Shown: positions 38,893 through 53,049 of the stretch, one piece after another
How positions within the stretch are numbered: the first letter of the stretch is position 1
Layout of the letters: the number at the start of each line of letters is the position of its first letter
From: Piromyces finnis finn
Lineage: Eukaryota > Fungi > Neocallimastigomycota
NCBI GenBank assembly: GCA_002104945.1
Contig: MCFH01000016.1
Coordinates: 434,001 to 498,000 of the forward strand
Reading direction: 5' to 3'
DNA: 64,000 nucleotides
Position numbers and translations under genes: made by a program
The notes under the pieces: generated by a model
What the model was told of the DNA's origin: nothing
Seen by the model: only the letters and a program-made list of their open reading frames with translations
Databases searched by the model: none

Positions 38893-41800
38893 TATATTAA
38901 CATTATATTACGGATTTATCAAAATATTATACTACTTTCTAAATAATAAAGTTTATGTTAATGTTATATTAAAGAAAAATGTATAAAAATATGTATAAAA
39001 ATATGTTAATACTATTGAATTTATTACATTGCCTTAACTTTTTTATGTTTGTTTTTCTTATAAATATTTATAAATATATTTTTATTTATTTCATAAAAAA
39101 ATTATAAAGTATATGTAAAAAGTTACAAAGAATTATAAAATATTTTTTTTTATTGATTAATAAAAAGAATAAGATATTAATATATACATATATACATATA
39201 TTTTTTTTAATATTTACTTTACAAGAATTTATAGAGTATTATTAATAGATTACTTTTTTTTTTAAAAAAAAAATTATTTTATTAGATTAATACGAATAAC
39301 ATTAATCTTTTTGTTTATTTCAAGCAATTGTAGAAAAGAAAAATTATCAATAATGAAAATCTATATATTTTATCAGCTATTTTTATTTTATGGATGACCT
39401 TTCAAAATCAAATACTTTTTTTTTTTTAAAAATTAATTCAAAGTTTTTTCAAAAAAAAACTTTATGTAAATAAAGAAGAAAAATAAATAAATAAATAATA
39501 GTATTTATATTTAAAATAAATTAAATTTTTATATTATGTAAAATGTAAAATAACTAATTAAACTTTCTAATAAAGAAATATTTAAAAAAAAATTTAAAGT
39601 TAGAATCTAATAAATTATTGTCAATGTTTTTTTTTTTATAACGGATGAATAAATATTTTAACTTTTGGGACTTAATCAATGCAGAAGAAAGTAAAATAAA
39701 AGAAAAGAAAAAAAGAAAAAAAAATAATGGATGAATGAATTATAGAATTAAAAGAAAAAAAAAAGATTACAAATAATAAAATATGAAATATCATTTAATA
39801 CAATGTTTTTCCGGTTCAATTGTTGGTGAATTCAATTAAATTTATCTTAATATAAAATTATTTTCATATTATATTTATCCTTTTTTTTTTTTAAATATTT
39901 GTAGGAATCAAACTTAAGAAAAAAAAAAAAAGATGATGACTTTTTATATATAACTCTACATTAATTAAAATCTATAATTTTTATATTCCTTTTTAACAAT
40001 GATAAAAAAAACATATTTTTTTTTCACTCTTATTTTTTTTTTTAAACTCTTTTTACTTTTTACTTCTTAGGTATATATGAAAATCATCTATACCATGTGA
40101 CCTTCCTTGATATAAAAAGAAAATTTAATATATAGTTTTTCCTAAATGTTTATATAATAAAATGATTAATAATATATTAATATTATTTATAGATTAAAAT
40201 TTAATTAAATAAAATGAAAAAGTATACATAATACATATATGTATATATATAAATTTTTTTTATAATTAGACACTAAATCATATCGGCCAGATTTTAAAAA
40301 GGACTTTTTATATTTAACAAGTAATATTATATATATAAAGATAAAGGGTTCTATTTATACTCGTATTAAAAAATATAAATGTTTATTGATTTTTACTGCA
40401 TTATTAATTAAAATCATGGATCAATAATGATAAATAACCCCGTAACAAAATATTTTATGATATATTTATTCCTATAATAAAAAGTTATTTTTATTTTTAT
40501 TAAATAGTTTAAATAATAAAATATATGAATATATAAATAGAATAATATGTGTAAATAAATAAACATTGCTAAGCATTTAAATAAATAATAAACAAGCAAT
40601 AATTAACTTATGAATAAATAAATATACCTTTTAAAAAATTATATTTAAATTCCTTTATTAAAGATTTTTTATATATTTAAGGTTAAAAAATAAATTAAAA
40701 TTTTTTATTACCAGACAAAAAAGGCATTTAAATTAAATGGTTGTATAAATTTATATTGACAAAGAAAAACCATTTGTTCAGCAAAATGTTATTTTTAAAG
40801 TATTTAAAGTTATTAATTAGTGAAAAGAAGAAAAGAATTAATAAATTTACTATTAATTATTCATTAAATAATTAAAAAAGACATTGAATAATTCATTTAA
40901 TATTTATTATTTATTTTAGTATTGTTAAATTATATAATTTATTTCATTTTTAATTCACTATTAAAAAAAATATATACATATATACAACCTCCGTTTTTGT
41001 TCAATTATACAAATAAGAATATTAATAGACAAAAAATGTTAAGAATAAAAAAAAACGATTATAATATTTAATTAGTATTGTTATTTTATTACACTAGGGT
41101 AATACTATATATTAATTATTGATATAATTCCAAGATAATTATAAAATCATATGAAAATATGTTTTTTATTTAATATTTTATATAAACTCATTTTTTTAGT
41201 AATAAATCATATATAGAATATAAATTTAAAAAAAAAAAAAAAAGTTACTTAAAACTAGTCATCAATTTATACACACTTAATTTAAAAATAATATTGGAAT
41301 TCATAAATTATACCAATTCATATTGTACTAATGTTCAAAGAAAAAAAAACTTTATCAAAATTATAATAATTTTTCTAATAACATTTACATTATGTTCAGA
41401 GTAATCAAATGTAAACGTAATGAAATATTAAATTTTAATGTTTCTGTATTAATATGTAACAAAGTTTTAAGTATAAATTCAGTATTCTTTTCTTTTCTAA
41501 AATCATTATACTATTTTATATTATAAAATTTATAAAAGTATTTAAATAATCAGACTTTTTTGTATTGAGGCTTTATTTGATAATTAAATATCTAATAATA
41601 TAGATCATTCATCAAGTAAAACGATAATAATATATCAAAAAAGTTAAATATATTTTGTATAATTTTTGATATAAAAAAGTTTTATTTAAATAATTTACTT
41701 ATTCACTTTTATTATTATTACTATATTTGATTTATTATAAAAAACAAAGTTAAAAAACGAAATTATTAAAAAAAAAAAAAAAAAAAAAACAATAATAATA

Positions 41801-41923
41801 AAAATATTAATACTTGTTTTGAAGGGGTAAAGAAAAAGTATAAATGGGTAAGGAAAAAGAAAATTTAAGATTATATAATTATATATAGGAAATAGTTAAA
41901 AAAATATTGAGGCTGGGATTTAT

Positions 41924-44900
41924 TTAAACATTATTAAACAGTATTTCATTAATAACAATATCAAAAGTTTTTTCTCGAATAGCTTTTATGGCTTGGTTAA
42001 TTAATAGTTTTATCTCATAAATAATATTTTGAACTTGCGGGAAATAAGAACGCATTTGCTTTAATAAATTCAAGTAAAAGTAACATGGTGCCAGTGTTTC
42101 TTGTGGAAATGATGAAAAATTAGAATATTTTAGGGATTCTTTACTGTAAAATTTTATATATTTACTTTCTTGTGTAGCTACGTATCGTATAATATATACA
42201 ATACAACATTGATAAAATACCCATGATTTACAATAGGAAAAACGAACTGGGTGGTTATTATTTTCTCGGGAAGCCTCCATCAACAAAAGAAGTCCTATTG
42301 TACAATCATCTGCTGTTTTTGAAGCAATAGCAACGGATTTTGCAATTGGATATTTCTTAATTTTATTAGGATTCTTAATTATATGCATAACATATTCTCT
42401 ATTTAAACAAATTCTTTGTGCACTTGTTATTAATGAAAATTTAGTCCAATTTTTTTTCTTTGGAAAATCATCTAGTGATAACATTACTAATTGGTACATA
42501 TCAAATACTGTCATGGTTATATTATCTTTACATTTAATTTTTAAAAAATTATATTTACGGTTAAAAAAATTATTATCATAGGATATTCTTTTTATAATCT
42601 CATAATACACTTGTTTATTGTCTGTTATATTTAAAAATGGATCTTTATCATAATCATCATTTATAAGACTTGGTTTAAAATTAGATTTTTTTATATCGTT
42701 GTTATTGTTATTTTTACTATTACAAATGGTATTATTATTATTATTATTAGGATTGATTGAAAAAGAATCATTCATTTCATTATTATTATAATCCTTTTTA
42801 AAAAGTAAATTATCAATATTATTTTTTTTATTCATAGTAGTCTTGGTATCTATATCTGTATTTATAATATTGACAAGTTTATTAATACTAATATTGGTAT
42901 TATTATTATGATTATTATTATTGGTATTGGTATTAATATTAAAACTATTATTAGTGTTTATATTTGAGCCTAGATTGGTATTAACAATGTTGTTAACATT
43001 TCCATTATTAACTATATTATCAATATTGAATGTCGATGGAATATTTGAGGAAAAACCATTATTATTGTGATTATTACTATTACTATTTGTAGTCGTTGTG
43101 GTTGTAGAAGTCGAAGTAGAATTGTTACTGTTTCTATTATGTTTTGTTTTATTTTTTTTGCTTTTACTATGGTTTCCATTTTGATAATCAAATTTTTGAT
43201 CTTGGTTCATATTTAAACTATATCTAATTCCTAACAAAAAGTTATTTTGATCATCATCATCATTATCATCAGCCAATTCAGCTAATTCAACATAATATGA
43301 AAAGTCTTCAGTAATATCATTAAAACAAATTAATGTTAAATCATCTATGTATTTGAAAAAAAAATTTTGAGTTTTAATTATATCTGTGTTAATAGAATCA
43401 ATATCTTCTAATAAAAAATCGTTTTCTTTTATCTTGCTTGTGATACTAAATAATTCTAATAATAATATTGATGCGCTAACCACAAAATATTCAAATTTAA
43501 TTTTTGAAGCACCAGCAATAAATGAAATCAATATATTTGAACGCTCATCAATAAACTTTTTTATATCTTTTATCACAATATTTTCGTTTTTTATAAATAT
43601 ATTATTCCATGTATCGTATCCATAAAATGCAATAGATATAGATTTTATTATTTCCAAATCTTCAAAATAACTATCTTTATTATTACATTGATTTAAATAA
43701 TAAAAATAATTATCCTCAATTATCTTAAATGCTAGTCCTGAATAAAACCATGATTGACTATTTCCTGATTCTGTTTTATCATTTATTAAAAATAAATTAA
43801 TATAATATAATATATATCATTATATATATTATATTTATATTGAATATATTAATAATTTATTTTTAATTATGATGTATTATTCAATTAATTCATTATTCTT
43901 TTTACTTTATTTATTTAAAAAAAAAAACATTAACTTACCAAATATTGTTATTAAATATAATGATTGTAAAAGTTGAACATCAATTAATCCATAATTTTGA
44001 TATATTAATTCTTTTGCTTTATCAATATATTCAGTTGCTAATGGAATATCTGGAGTTTGTTGGAATAGATATGCCATTCCATACATTGAAAAAAGTAAAT
44101 ATTTTGAAAGGGAATCATTTTTTATAAAATTTGTGAAAGTATTTTTACTAATGACTGGATAACAAGGATGAAAGTATTTATAATACATATCTATAACAGA
44201 ATAATTTATTAAATCTTTTTCAATTGTTGGTATTTCATTGATATTTGTTTTGAATCTATGGTGAATACTTGTTTTATAAGCAACAATATTATTATATATA
44301 CTTTGAGTTATATTTACATCTAACAACTTTGTTGATCTTTTAAATTGTTCACCGATTAATTTTAAATTTGTAAGTCCTTCATCATTTTTATTTTTATTTC
44401 CTTTAAATTAAAATATATATATATATATATATATTGAAATTAAATTTTATTTAATTATTTTTTTTTCTCCTTTTTTTTTTAGTTTAAATGGATATATTTT
44501 AATAATTTTAATATTGAATTAATTATAATTTATATAAATTATGTTAATACAAACCTGTTTCATTAGCTTTATCGCGTTTTCTATATCTTCTCTTTTCCCT
44601 TTTTTGTTGTGGACCTTAATGATATATACCATGAAATTATAAATTATTACATAAATTTTATATAATAATTTATAAAATTTACAATGTTTTTATACTCTAC
44701 CTCTTTTTCTTGGAAAAGGATTATAATAACATACATAATTATATTGTAAGCAGGTTAAACATTTTGGTCTTTCTCCTGTACATTTTCTTCTCTTTTTACG
44801 ACAACTATATTTTGTTAAATTTTAAATTATTTCCATATTTAAAACAGTTAATTGTTTTAAGAATTTTCATATTATCACCTTTTACAATTAGTTATTAAAG

Positions 44901-45152
44901 CAAATTATTGTTATTATTATTTATAAGATTTATTATTATATACTTACTTTTCACATGCTTGAGTAACCTTTTTTCTTACTTTTTTCTGTTTATTATCAAT
45001 TTCATTAGTATTATCTATTAATTAAAAAAAAAAAAAAAAATTAATAAAAAAATTATAATTTTAACTAATATTATTAAAAATAATAGCATACTTTTATCAT
45101 TTTTATTATTTTCTATTTTTTCAATATTACTTGACTCTTTATTGTAATTCAT
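41924..45152 (-). CDS. Zn2Cys6 transcription factor (paralog B)
   Basis: KVTQACE-NCRKKRRKCTGERPKCLTCLQYNYVC; YYKYFHPCYPVI; same C-terminal block FSSFPQETLAPCYFYL as paralog A. The first exon (ATG at 45152) is less certain. Confidence 0.88.
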
Positions 45153-46938
45153 ATTAATTTATTTCATACGTTTTAAAAAAAAAAAAAAAGGTAAAATGTT
45201 TAAAATATAAATTATGCATTCATATAGAAATTTTATTGTTATCTTTTAAATTTGATTTTATCTTTTTGTTGTAAAATTGTTTCTAGGAAGTAAAATATAT
45301 TGAAAACGTAAAAATATATCTTTATTATGAAAAAAAAAAATAGTGTTTGCTTAACTCTATGTATTCTATGTATATGTAATAGAATATATGTTAAAAAAAA
45401 AAAAAGAAAAGAAAAATTACTTAACCAATAATTTATTTAAATTTAAATTTAAATATTAATTAAATTTTTTTAATTAATATTTATATTCTTGCTGGTGGTG
45501 AATGAAACAAAAAAAACAAAAAAAAAAAATTATTTAAATATATTATATTTAAATTTTATTAATAATGTTATTTAAGAATGTATGAAATTTAAAGTTAAAT
45601 AAACTTTACTTTTGTTTATATTAATTGAGAACTTTAATTTTTTTTTATTATGAAAAGATGAAAAGATAAAAAAACAATATATAAATATTATTATTACCAT
45701 AATATTTAATAAAATATATTTATTATTTTATTTTTATTATTAATTAAAAATGCAAGACAAAGAAAAATAAATGAGTTGTTGATTTTTAAATTTCTGTATT
45801 AATATTGCAAAATATAGAAAGTATATAATAAAAAAAAAAAATAAATAAATAAATAATAATGAACAATATTCTTAAAATCTAATAAAAATTTACAATACAA
45901 ATGGTTAATGATTATCAAATATTAAAAAAAAAAACATACAAATTGTATCAATTTATAATACTATACTTGAATCTATTTCTTTTTTAAAAAAAATTATTTA
46001 ATTTTGTTATTAAACTAGTATATATAGTAAATCATTAATTATTATTATATATAAAGTATTAATCCTAATTAAGAACAGAGTATGAAAGTTATTGAAAAAG
46101 AACCATTTATAAATAAATAAAAATTATACAAAATAAATGATTTTCCTTTTTTATTTATTTATTTATTTATTTTTTTTTTGACAGTTTATAAAATGATATC
46201 TATAAATAAATAAATTAATTTTCATATATATAATATATATGTATATAAATATAAATAAATTAAAATTTTATTAATTTTTTGAAATGTTAATATGGAAAAT
46301 CTTTAAAATGGATAAAATTCTTTTTATTTTATATTTTTTATTTTATATTTTATATCTTTATTTTTTATTTTATATCTTTATTTTTTATTTTATAATTATT
46401 AAAATATAAAAATAAAAAAAAATGCATATTCTATCACAATAAAACAGAAAAAAGAGATAATACTATTTTATTTAAATAATTTCATTATTTCTAAGTAATT
46501 TAAAAAAATTTAATCTTATAATTATATATTACTTTCGCTATAATAAATTGAATTATTTCATTCTCATTATTTAAATTGTATACCAAATAATATAAAACTT
46601 TTTTTTATATATATTATTAAAAATATACATTTATAATTTTGCTATCATTAATTGAATTAATTTTATATCATTATGTAAGACATTAAATAATTTAAATCTT
46701 TCTATTTAAAAAATATACTAATAAAGTTTATTATAAAATAACTTTTTCTTTGAATTGATTTACATTTATTTATTAATTAAAGTGAAAAAAAAAAATAATT
46801 TATTATTATCTCACAATACTTTTTAATGGAGAATGGGAAAAAAAAAAAAGAAAAAGGATTTAAATGGAATTTTTTTCCTATTTTTTTTTTAAAAAAAATC
46901 AATAATTAATATATTTTTATTAATATATATATATAAAA

Positions 46939-48977
46939 ATGAAATTATTATTATTTGAAAGTTTAGCTCTGAGTATATTAACAGCATATACTAAAGCTCG
47001 TGTTGTAGATTTTTCACTTATTGCATTTTGTAACACCAGTGCTCAACTTAATATCAATGGTGAAAAAGTAGATTTAGTAAGAGAAACTGTTGATATCCCA
47101 TTATGGAAGGCTTCTCATGAAGTAGGAGATGGTGATCTTAGGTAAATAAAATAATAAATTCATAATTATTAAATAAAACATAAATAATTAATTTAATATA
47201 ATTATTTTAATAATACTTTTACAGTTACAATTATAGCTGTGATGGTAAAGAAGAAATTATAAAACATACTTTAGCAGGAACTGAAACTAAAACTCATAAC
47301 GAATTATTTAATCGTGAAAAAACAATATATAAATTACCAAAATTTGGTTATCCAAATACAAAAAAATGGGATAGATCCCTCGGTCAAACAGAACTTTTTG
47401 ATGAAACATATATTCCAACATTTATTTTCTACGATTATGGTAATTTCTTTATTAAAGGAACAACTACTCATACTTTCTCAAAAGTTGTAGCTATTTTAAA
47501 AGATAACGTTTTCACTTTTAATGTAAGTATATATAAATTAAAATTAATTGAGTTATCAATTATCAATTTTTTTAACCATTCTAAATAAATTTAAATATAG
47601 AATATTCCATCATCTGGTAAAAATGGTGATGAAGACAAATTCCAATTTAAGATTACATTACCAGGTGAAGGTATTTATCACAGAAATGTTTTAAAATTCA
47701 GACCAAGTTCTTATGATCCAGTCTTTTTCCGTCAAATTTTATATGGTGATATTGCTCATGCTATTGGTAACCCAGCTCACGAATCTGTGTCAGCTCGTGT
47801 ATACACTAGTGATGGTACAGGTATTGGTCTTTATGTTTTACAAGAAGACTGTACTACCGAAAGTTTTATTAAAACTGCTTTCTATGGTAATGAAGAAGAT
47901 GGTACCATTATTCCATACACTAAATCTATAATATATGATTGTGCTACTGGTGCAGATTTCAATTATGAAGATCCAAATTGGTTAGGTGCCTTTAAAAATG
48001 ATACTTATGATTTAAAGGAAGAATTGTTAGAAATGACTCGACAAATTCATATTCTTGATATAAATAATATTGAAGAAATTAAGAATTTAGATGAAAATTG
48101 GCTTGAATTAGATACATTATTAAGAGCTCTTGCCCTTGAATATCTTGCTGGTCACTGGGATTCCTACTGGTTCCTTACCACTAACTTTGTTACCTACCAC
48201 CCAGCTGAAGAAACTGAAGGTATTAAATATAGTTACTCAAAATATAAGTATTACTTCATTGATCAAGACTTTGATCAAACATGGGGTATTGGTATGAGTG
48301 AACAACTTGATCCACTTAATTTCCCAAAGAAATCTTATAAAGATTTCGTTGGACTTGACTGGGCTAATTTAAATAAAGACGATTCTTTCGATTCTCATAC
48401 TCGTGTTATTATTGATAAATTAATTGGTTGTAACTCCTCTGACAGAGATGCAAAATGTACAACAAGATCTTACTTTGAATCTCACTTAAAATCTATTGTA
48501 CAACATATTTTCAATCCTATTGCTTTAGGAGGCCGTATTGATGCTTACAAAGAACGTCTTCGTCCAGAAGTTGTTTGGGATACTGAAGAAGTTGTTCGTC
48601 AACATATTGGTACCAAAAAATTATATGATTTTAAGGTCTCCGATTTCGATGGTAATATTGAATCTGGTAGCTATCTCGGAAGTCTTGTTTACTGGGGATT
48701 AAAAGATTGGATTAAGGAACGTGCCAATGCTGTCTGTTCAGAATTCAACTTTGAATATGATAAAGTTGCTCTTACTCCAGAAACTGCTGAAAAATATCAA
48801 GCTCAAGAAATTACACCAGAAACTGATTATAATGCTCAAGATAACAATTTCTCAAATGTTCCATCAACCAATACTGATTCTAGCCAATTAAATAATGGTA
48901 GTATGACAGTTAAGCCAACTTTAATTGTATCATCTCTTGTTATTTTAATGATAACCATACTCTTTAATGTATTTTAA
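46939..48977 (+). CDS. CotH-family kinase, secreted, GPI-signal-like tail (copy 1, 3 exons)
   Basis: Signal peptide; LKFRPSSYDPVFFRQ, GLYVLQED, GHWDSY, IDQDFDQTWG; hydrophobic C-terminus; no dockerin. Confidence 0.9.
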
Positions 48978-49076
48978 AATCTTTTAATATTAGAAACTCT
49001 GAATTTTTTAATATTTAAATTTTGATAATAATTATAAGGATTAATTATAATTTTAGAATTCATCTTTAAGTGTGTT

Positions 49077-49235
49077 AATATTTAATATTCAATAAATTTA
49101 ACTAAATGAAATTAAAGTAATTAATAAATAATATTTAATATTCAATAAATTTAACTAAATGAAATTAAAGTAATTAATAAATAATATTTAATATTCAATA
49201 AATTTAACTAAATGAAATTAAAGTAATTAATAAAT
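49077..49235. repeat. 53-bp tandem repeat x3 downstream of CotH copy 1
   Basis: Unit AATATTTAATATTCAATAAATTTAACTAAATGAAATTAAAGTAATTAATAAAT. Confidence 0.92.
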
Positions 49236-50582
49236 AAATTTTTTTATTTTGAATATTATACCACTAAAATATTATTATGAATAATCAAACTAATATTAAA
49301 AAATATTACTAAAATATTATATAAAAACAATAATAATTTTATTAAAACTGGTTTTAACTTTCAATTCAATGAAAATATAGTTTTGATTATAGAATACTAT
49401 TTCATAATAAAATTATATTATTTACAAAAAAACCAACAAAAAATAATACAAATACATTTCTGTAATGAAAATTAAAATAAATATGATAAAAATAAATACT
49501 AAAGGAACAAAATTAATATATATCTTTCTATTTTTGTTATTAATAAATAGCAAAGTTTCTTATTTTTACCAATAATGAGAATAGCAAATGAAACATTTAT
49601 AATTATTTAATAAATTATTAATATTTGTATTTTAAAAAAAAAAAAAGAAAAAAAAAAAAGATAATGATTAATAATTATATAAATATTATAAATAATTAAT
49701 ATACTCATTGAATATCATTTTTAATTATATTACCACCAGAAAGGTCTTTTGATTTATTTTTTAAAAATAATAGTTTAATATTAAAATCTTTAAATATTTG
49801 GTATTTTTTAAAAATAATAGTTTAATATTAAAATCTTTAAATATTTGATATGAGATTGGTTATTTAACTTGTATATAATAGAATTTTAATAATTAAATAA
49901 TTATTTAGTTTCATTTAATTTATTTTATATTATAAATTAAATGAAAAATACCCAATAACATGATTTCCCTCAAAGTATTATGCCTAATTTATAGTAAATT
50001 AAATTTGTATAAAAAAAATTATTTTAATTACGAATACTACATATTAAAGTTAATTATTCTTAATAAATTTGATTAAAATTATATTGCAATTCCTTGTCAT
50101 ACAATTTATTAAAAAATATTAATTTTTACAATTAATATTAAAACTGTTATAAAAATAAACATTATTGTAATTTGGCTATTGATAAAATATACAAGAAAAA
50201 AACATAAAAGTTTTAATAAATATAATCTTTTTTTACCTTTTTTTTTTTCTTTTTTTTTTTTTTGTGAAATTTTTAAAATTTTATCTTTGTTAATATTTAA
50301 GTAATTATCTTGTAAAATATAAAGTTATTGCTGAGTATTTACTTAAAAGCTTGAAATTTATTACAAATAACTTTAAAACTATAGTTAACTATAGTAATTG
50401 TATAGGTAAAATAGTTTATTTGTAATAAAAATATAAAAATGAAATATTATACATACAATATAAACTATAAATGAAATATAATTTTAAATATATATTAATA
50501 AGAGTGTTGCAGTATATTCATAGAAAAAGAGATAATTAACTTTTTTTATTATAAAAAAAAAAATATGTTTTATTCTTAGACA

Positions 50583-52463
50583 ATGAATTTTAAAGCAAAG
50601 TTTCTTTTATTTGGATTAATTTCAAAAATTCTTGCAGCTAACTTTTCCGTTGTTTCATTCGATGGAAATTGTCAGTTAGTTGTTGGAACCCAAAGTTATC
50701 CAATGACTCAGGAACCAGGTATGCCACTTTATAAAGTAGCTGCCGATGTCCCACTTAAGTCAACGTATATATTTTAATTTTATTTTATTAACAGAAAAAT
50801 TTTGAGAGTAAACTTAAAAAAAAATAATAAATCTTAATAAATATATATATATATAAAAAATAGATATAAATATGTATGTAATGGTGTTGAAGATGTAGAC
50901 CGTGTCCTTAATGAAGAAACAACCCATAATGAACTTATTGGTCGTTCATTAACTGTATATGATATGCCTGAATTCGGATATCCAAATGCTGAACCATGGA
51001 CAAGATCTATCGGTAGAACTGAACTTTTCGACCCAACATTTGTTCCAATTATTATCATTGATTCTGATAAACAATTCTTCACTGGTAGAAATAGTGGTGT
51101 AAGAGCATTCAATGGAATGCATTTTATTTTAAAAGATAACGTTTTTTCATTTAATAATGTACCAGTAGGTGGTAAGAATTATGATGAAAATAAGTTCCAA
51201 TTTAAAATTAACTTACCAGGTGATGGTATTTATCACAGAACTACATTAAAATTCAGACCAAGTTCTTATGATCCAGTTTTCTTCCGTCAAATTTTATATG
51301 GTGATATTGCTCATGCCATTGGTAATCCAGCTCATGAATCTGTTGCCGTTCGTGTCTACTTAAGTGATAATACCCCAATTGGTCTTTATGTATTACAAGA
51401 AGATTGTACATCTGAAAGTTTTATCAAAACTGCCTTCTTTGGTGATGAAAAGACTCAATCCGTTAAAAATTATAATCCAAATGTTATATATGACTGTGCT
51501 ACCGGTGCCGATTTTACTGCTGATGACGGAAACTACTTGGGTGCTTTCCAAAATAATACTTTCGACTTAAAGATTGAATTATTAGAAATGACCCAAAGAC
51601 TTGCTCAATTAAATGTTCAAGATGTCCAAGCTGTTAAAGAATTTGATGATAATGAATTAGATTTAGATACATTATTCAGAGCTCTTGCTCTCGAATATCT
51701 CGCTGGTCATTGGGATTCTTACTGGTTCTTAAGTACTAACTTTGTTGTATATCATCCAGAAGATGCTGAAGGAAGATACAAATTCTATTTCGTTGATCAA
51801 GATTTTGATCAAACATGGGGTGTTGGTATGTATCCAGGATTAGATCCACAAAACTACCCAACAAAAACCTATGATAACTACATTGGCATCAATTGGAGAC
51901 AATTAAATGAAAATCCATTTGATACTGAAACTCGTGTAATTGTTGATAAGTTACTTGGTTGTGACGGTCAACCACAATGTACTACAAAGCAATTATTTGA
52001 AGATCATTTAAAATCTATTGTTCAACATATTTTCAACCCTGTTGCAATGAAAAGAAAGACAGATGGTTATAGAGACCGTTTAATGGAAGAAATGCAATGG
52101 GATTTAAGTATCACTCGATTATACACTGCTTTAAATTCACAATATCAATTTACTATAAATGATTTCAATTATGGTATTGAAAGTGCAAATTATGAAGGTA
52201 GTAAGTTCTTCTTTGGTGTTTTAGATTGGACTGAAATTATTTGTAATACTGTTTGTAAGCAATTTGGTATTGAATACGATAAAGTTGCTTACACTCCAGA
52301 AACTGCTGCTGCTGTTCAACAAGACATAAAGCCAATTGATCCAGGATCTCAATATGATCCAACTTCCAATCTTAATGCTGAAAGTGGATCAGAAATGAAC
52401 ATTGCAAATGTTGTATTAGCTATTTTATCTGTTGTATTAAGTCTTACTATCTTTTTCATGTAA
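50583..52463 (+). CDS. CotH-family kinase, GPI-signal-like tail (copy 2, 2 exons)
   Basis: Same motifs as copy 1; one GT-AG intron after exon 1; tail NAESGSEMNIANVVLAILSVVLSLTIFFM. Confidence 0.9.
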
Positions 52464-53049
52464 TCCAAAACACAAAATTTATTAATAAAATATAGAAGAA
52501 TAATACTATTATTTTGAATAATAGTAAAAACTAAAATAAATTATAAAATTATTCATTTAATAAAAAAAATTTTTAGATTTAAATTTTAAAAAACATTTTA
52601 AATATATTTAATGTTAAATCTTTTTATATAAACTAATTTAAAGATGTAAGCTAATTTAAGGATGTATTTTATTATTATTATTATTACACTTTAAATTTTT
52701 TTTATAATAAAAATATTTTAAAAAAAAAAAAGAACTTAAATATAAACTTCTATTTTAATTTCTTTTTCTTTTTTTTTATTTTATAACATTATTATATATG
52801 TTTCATTATAGTTTTTTAATATTTATTTTATATCTATTCTATATTAATTATATATTTTTATTATTTTTATTCTTTTTCTATTTCTACTTTTATTTTTATA
52901 TTTATTCAGATTTGATTTTTATATCTAAGAATTTTTAATTATTTATAACTATTTAATAGAAATTATTAGTAATTTTCCATGTTTATAACAACTTTTTTAA
53001 TATAATTGTTTATTCAATAAAAAAAATTACTTTTTTATTTTTTTTTAAT

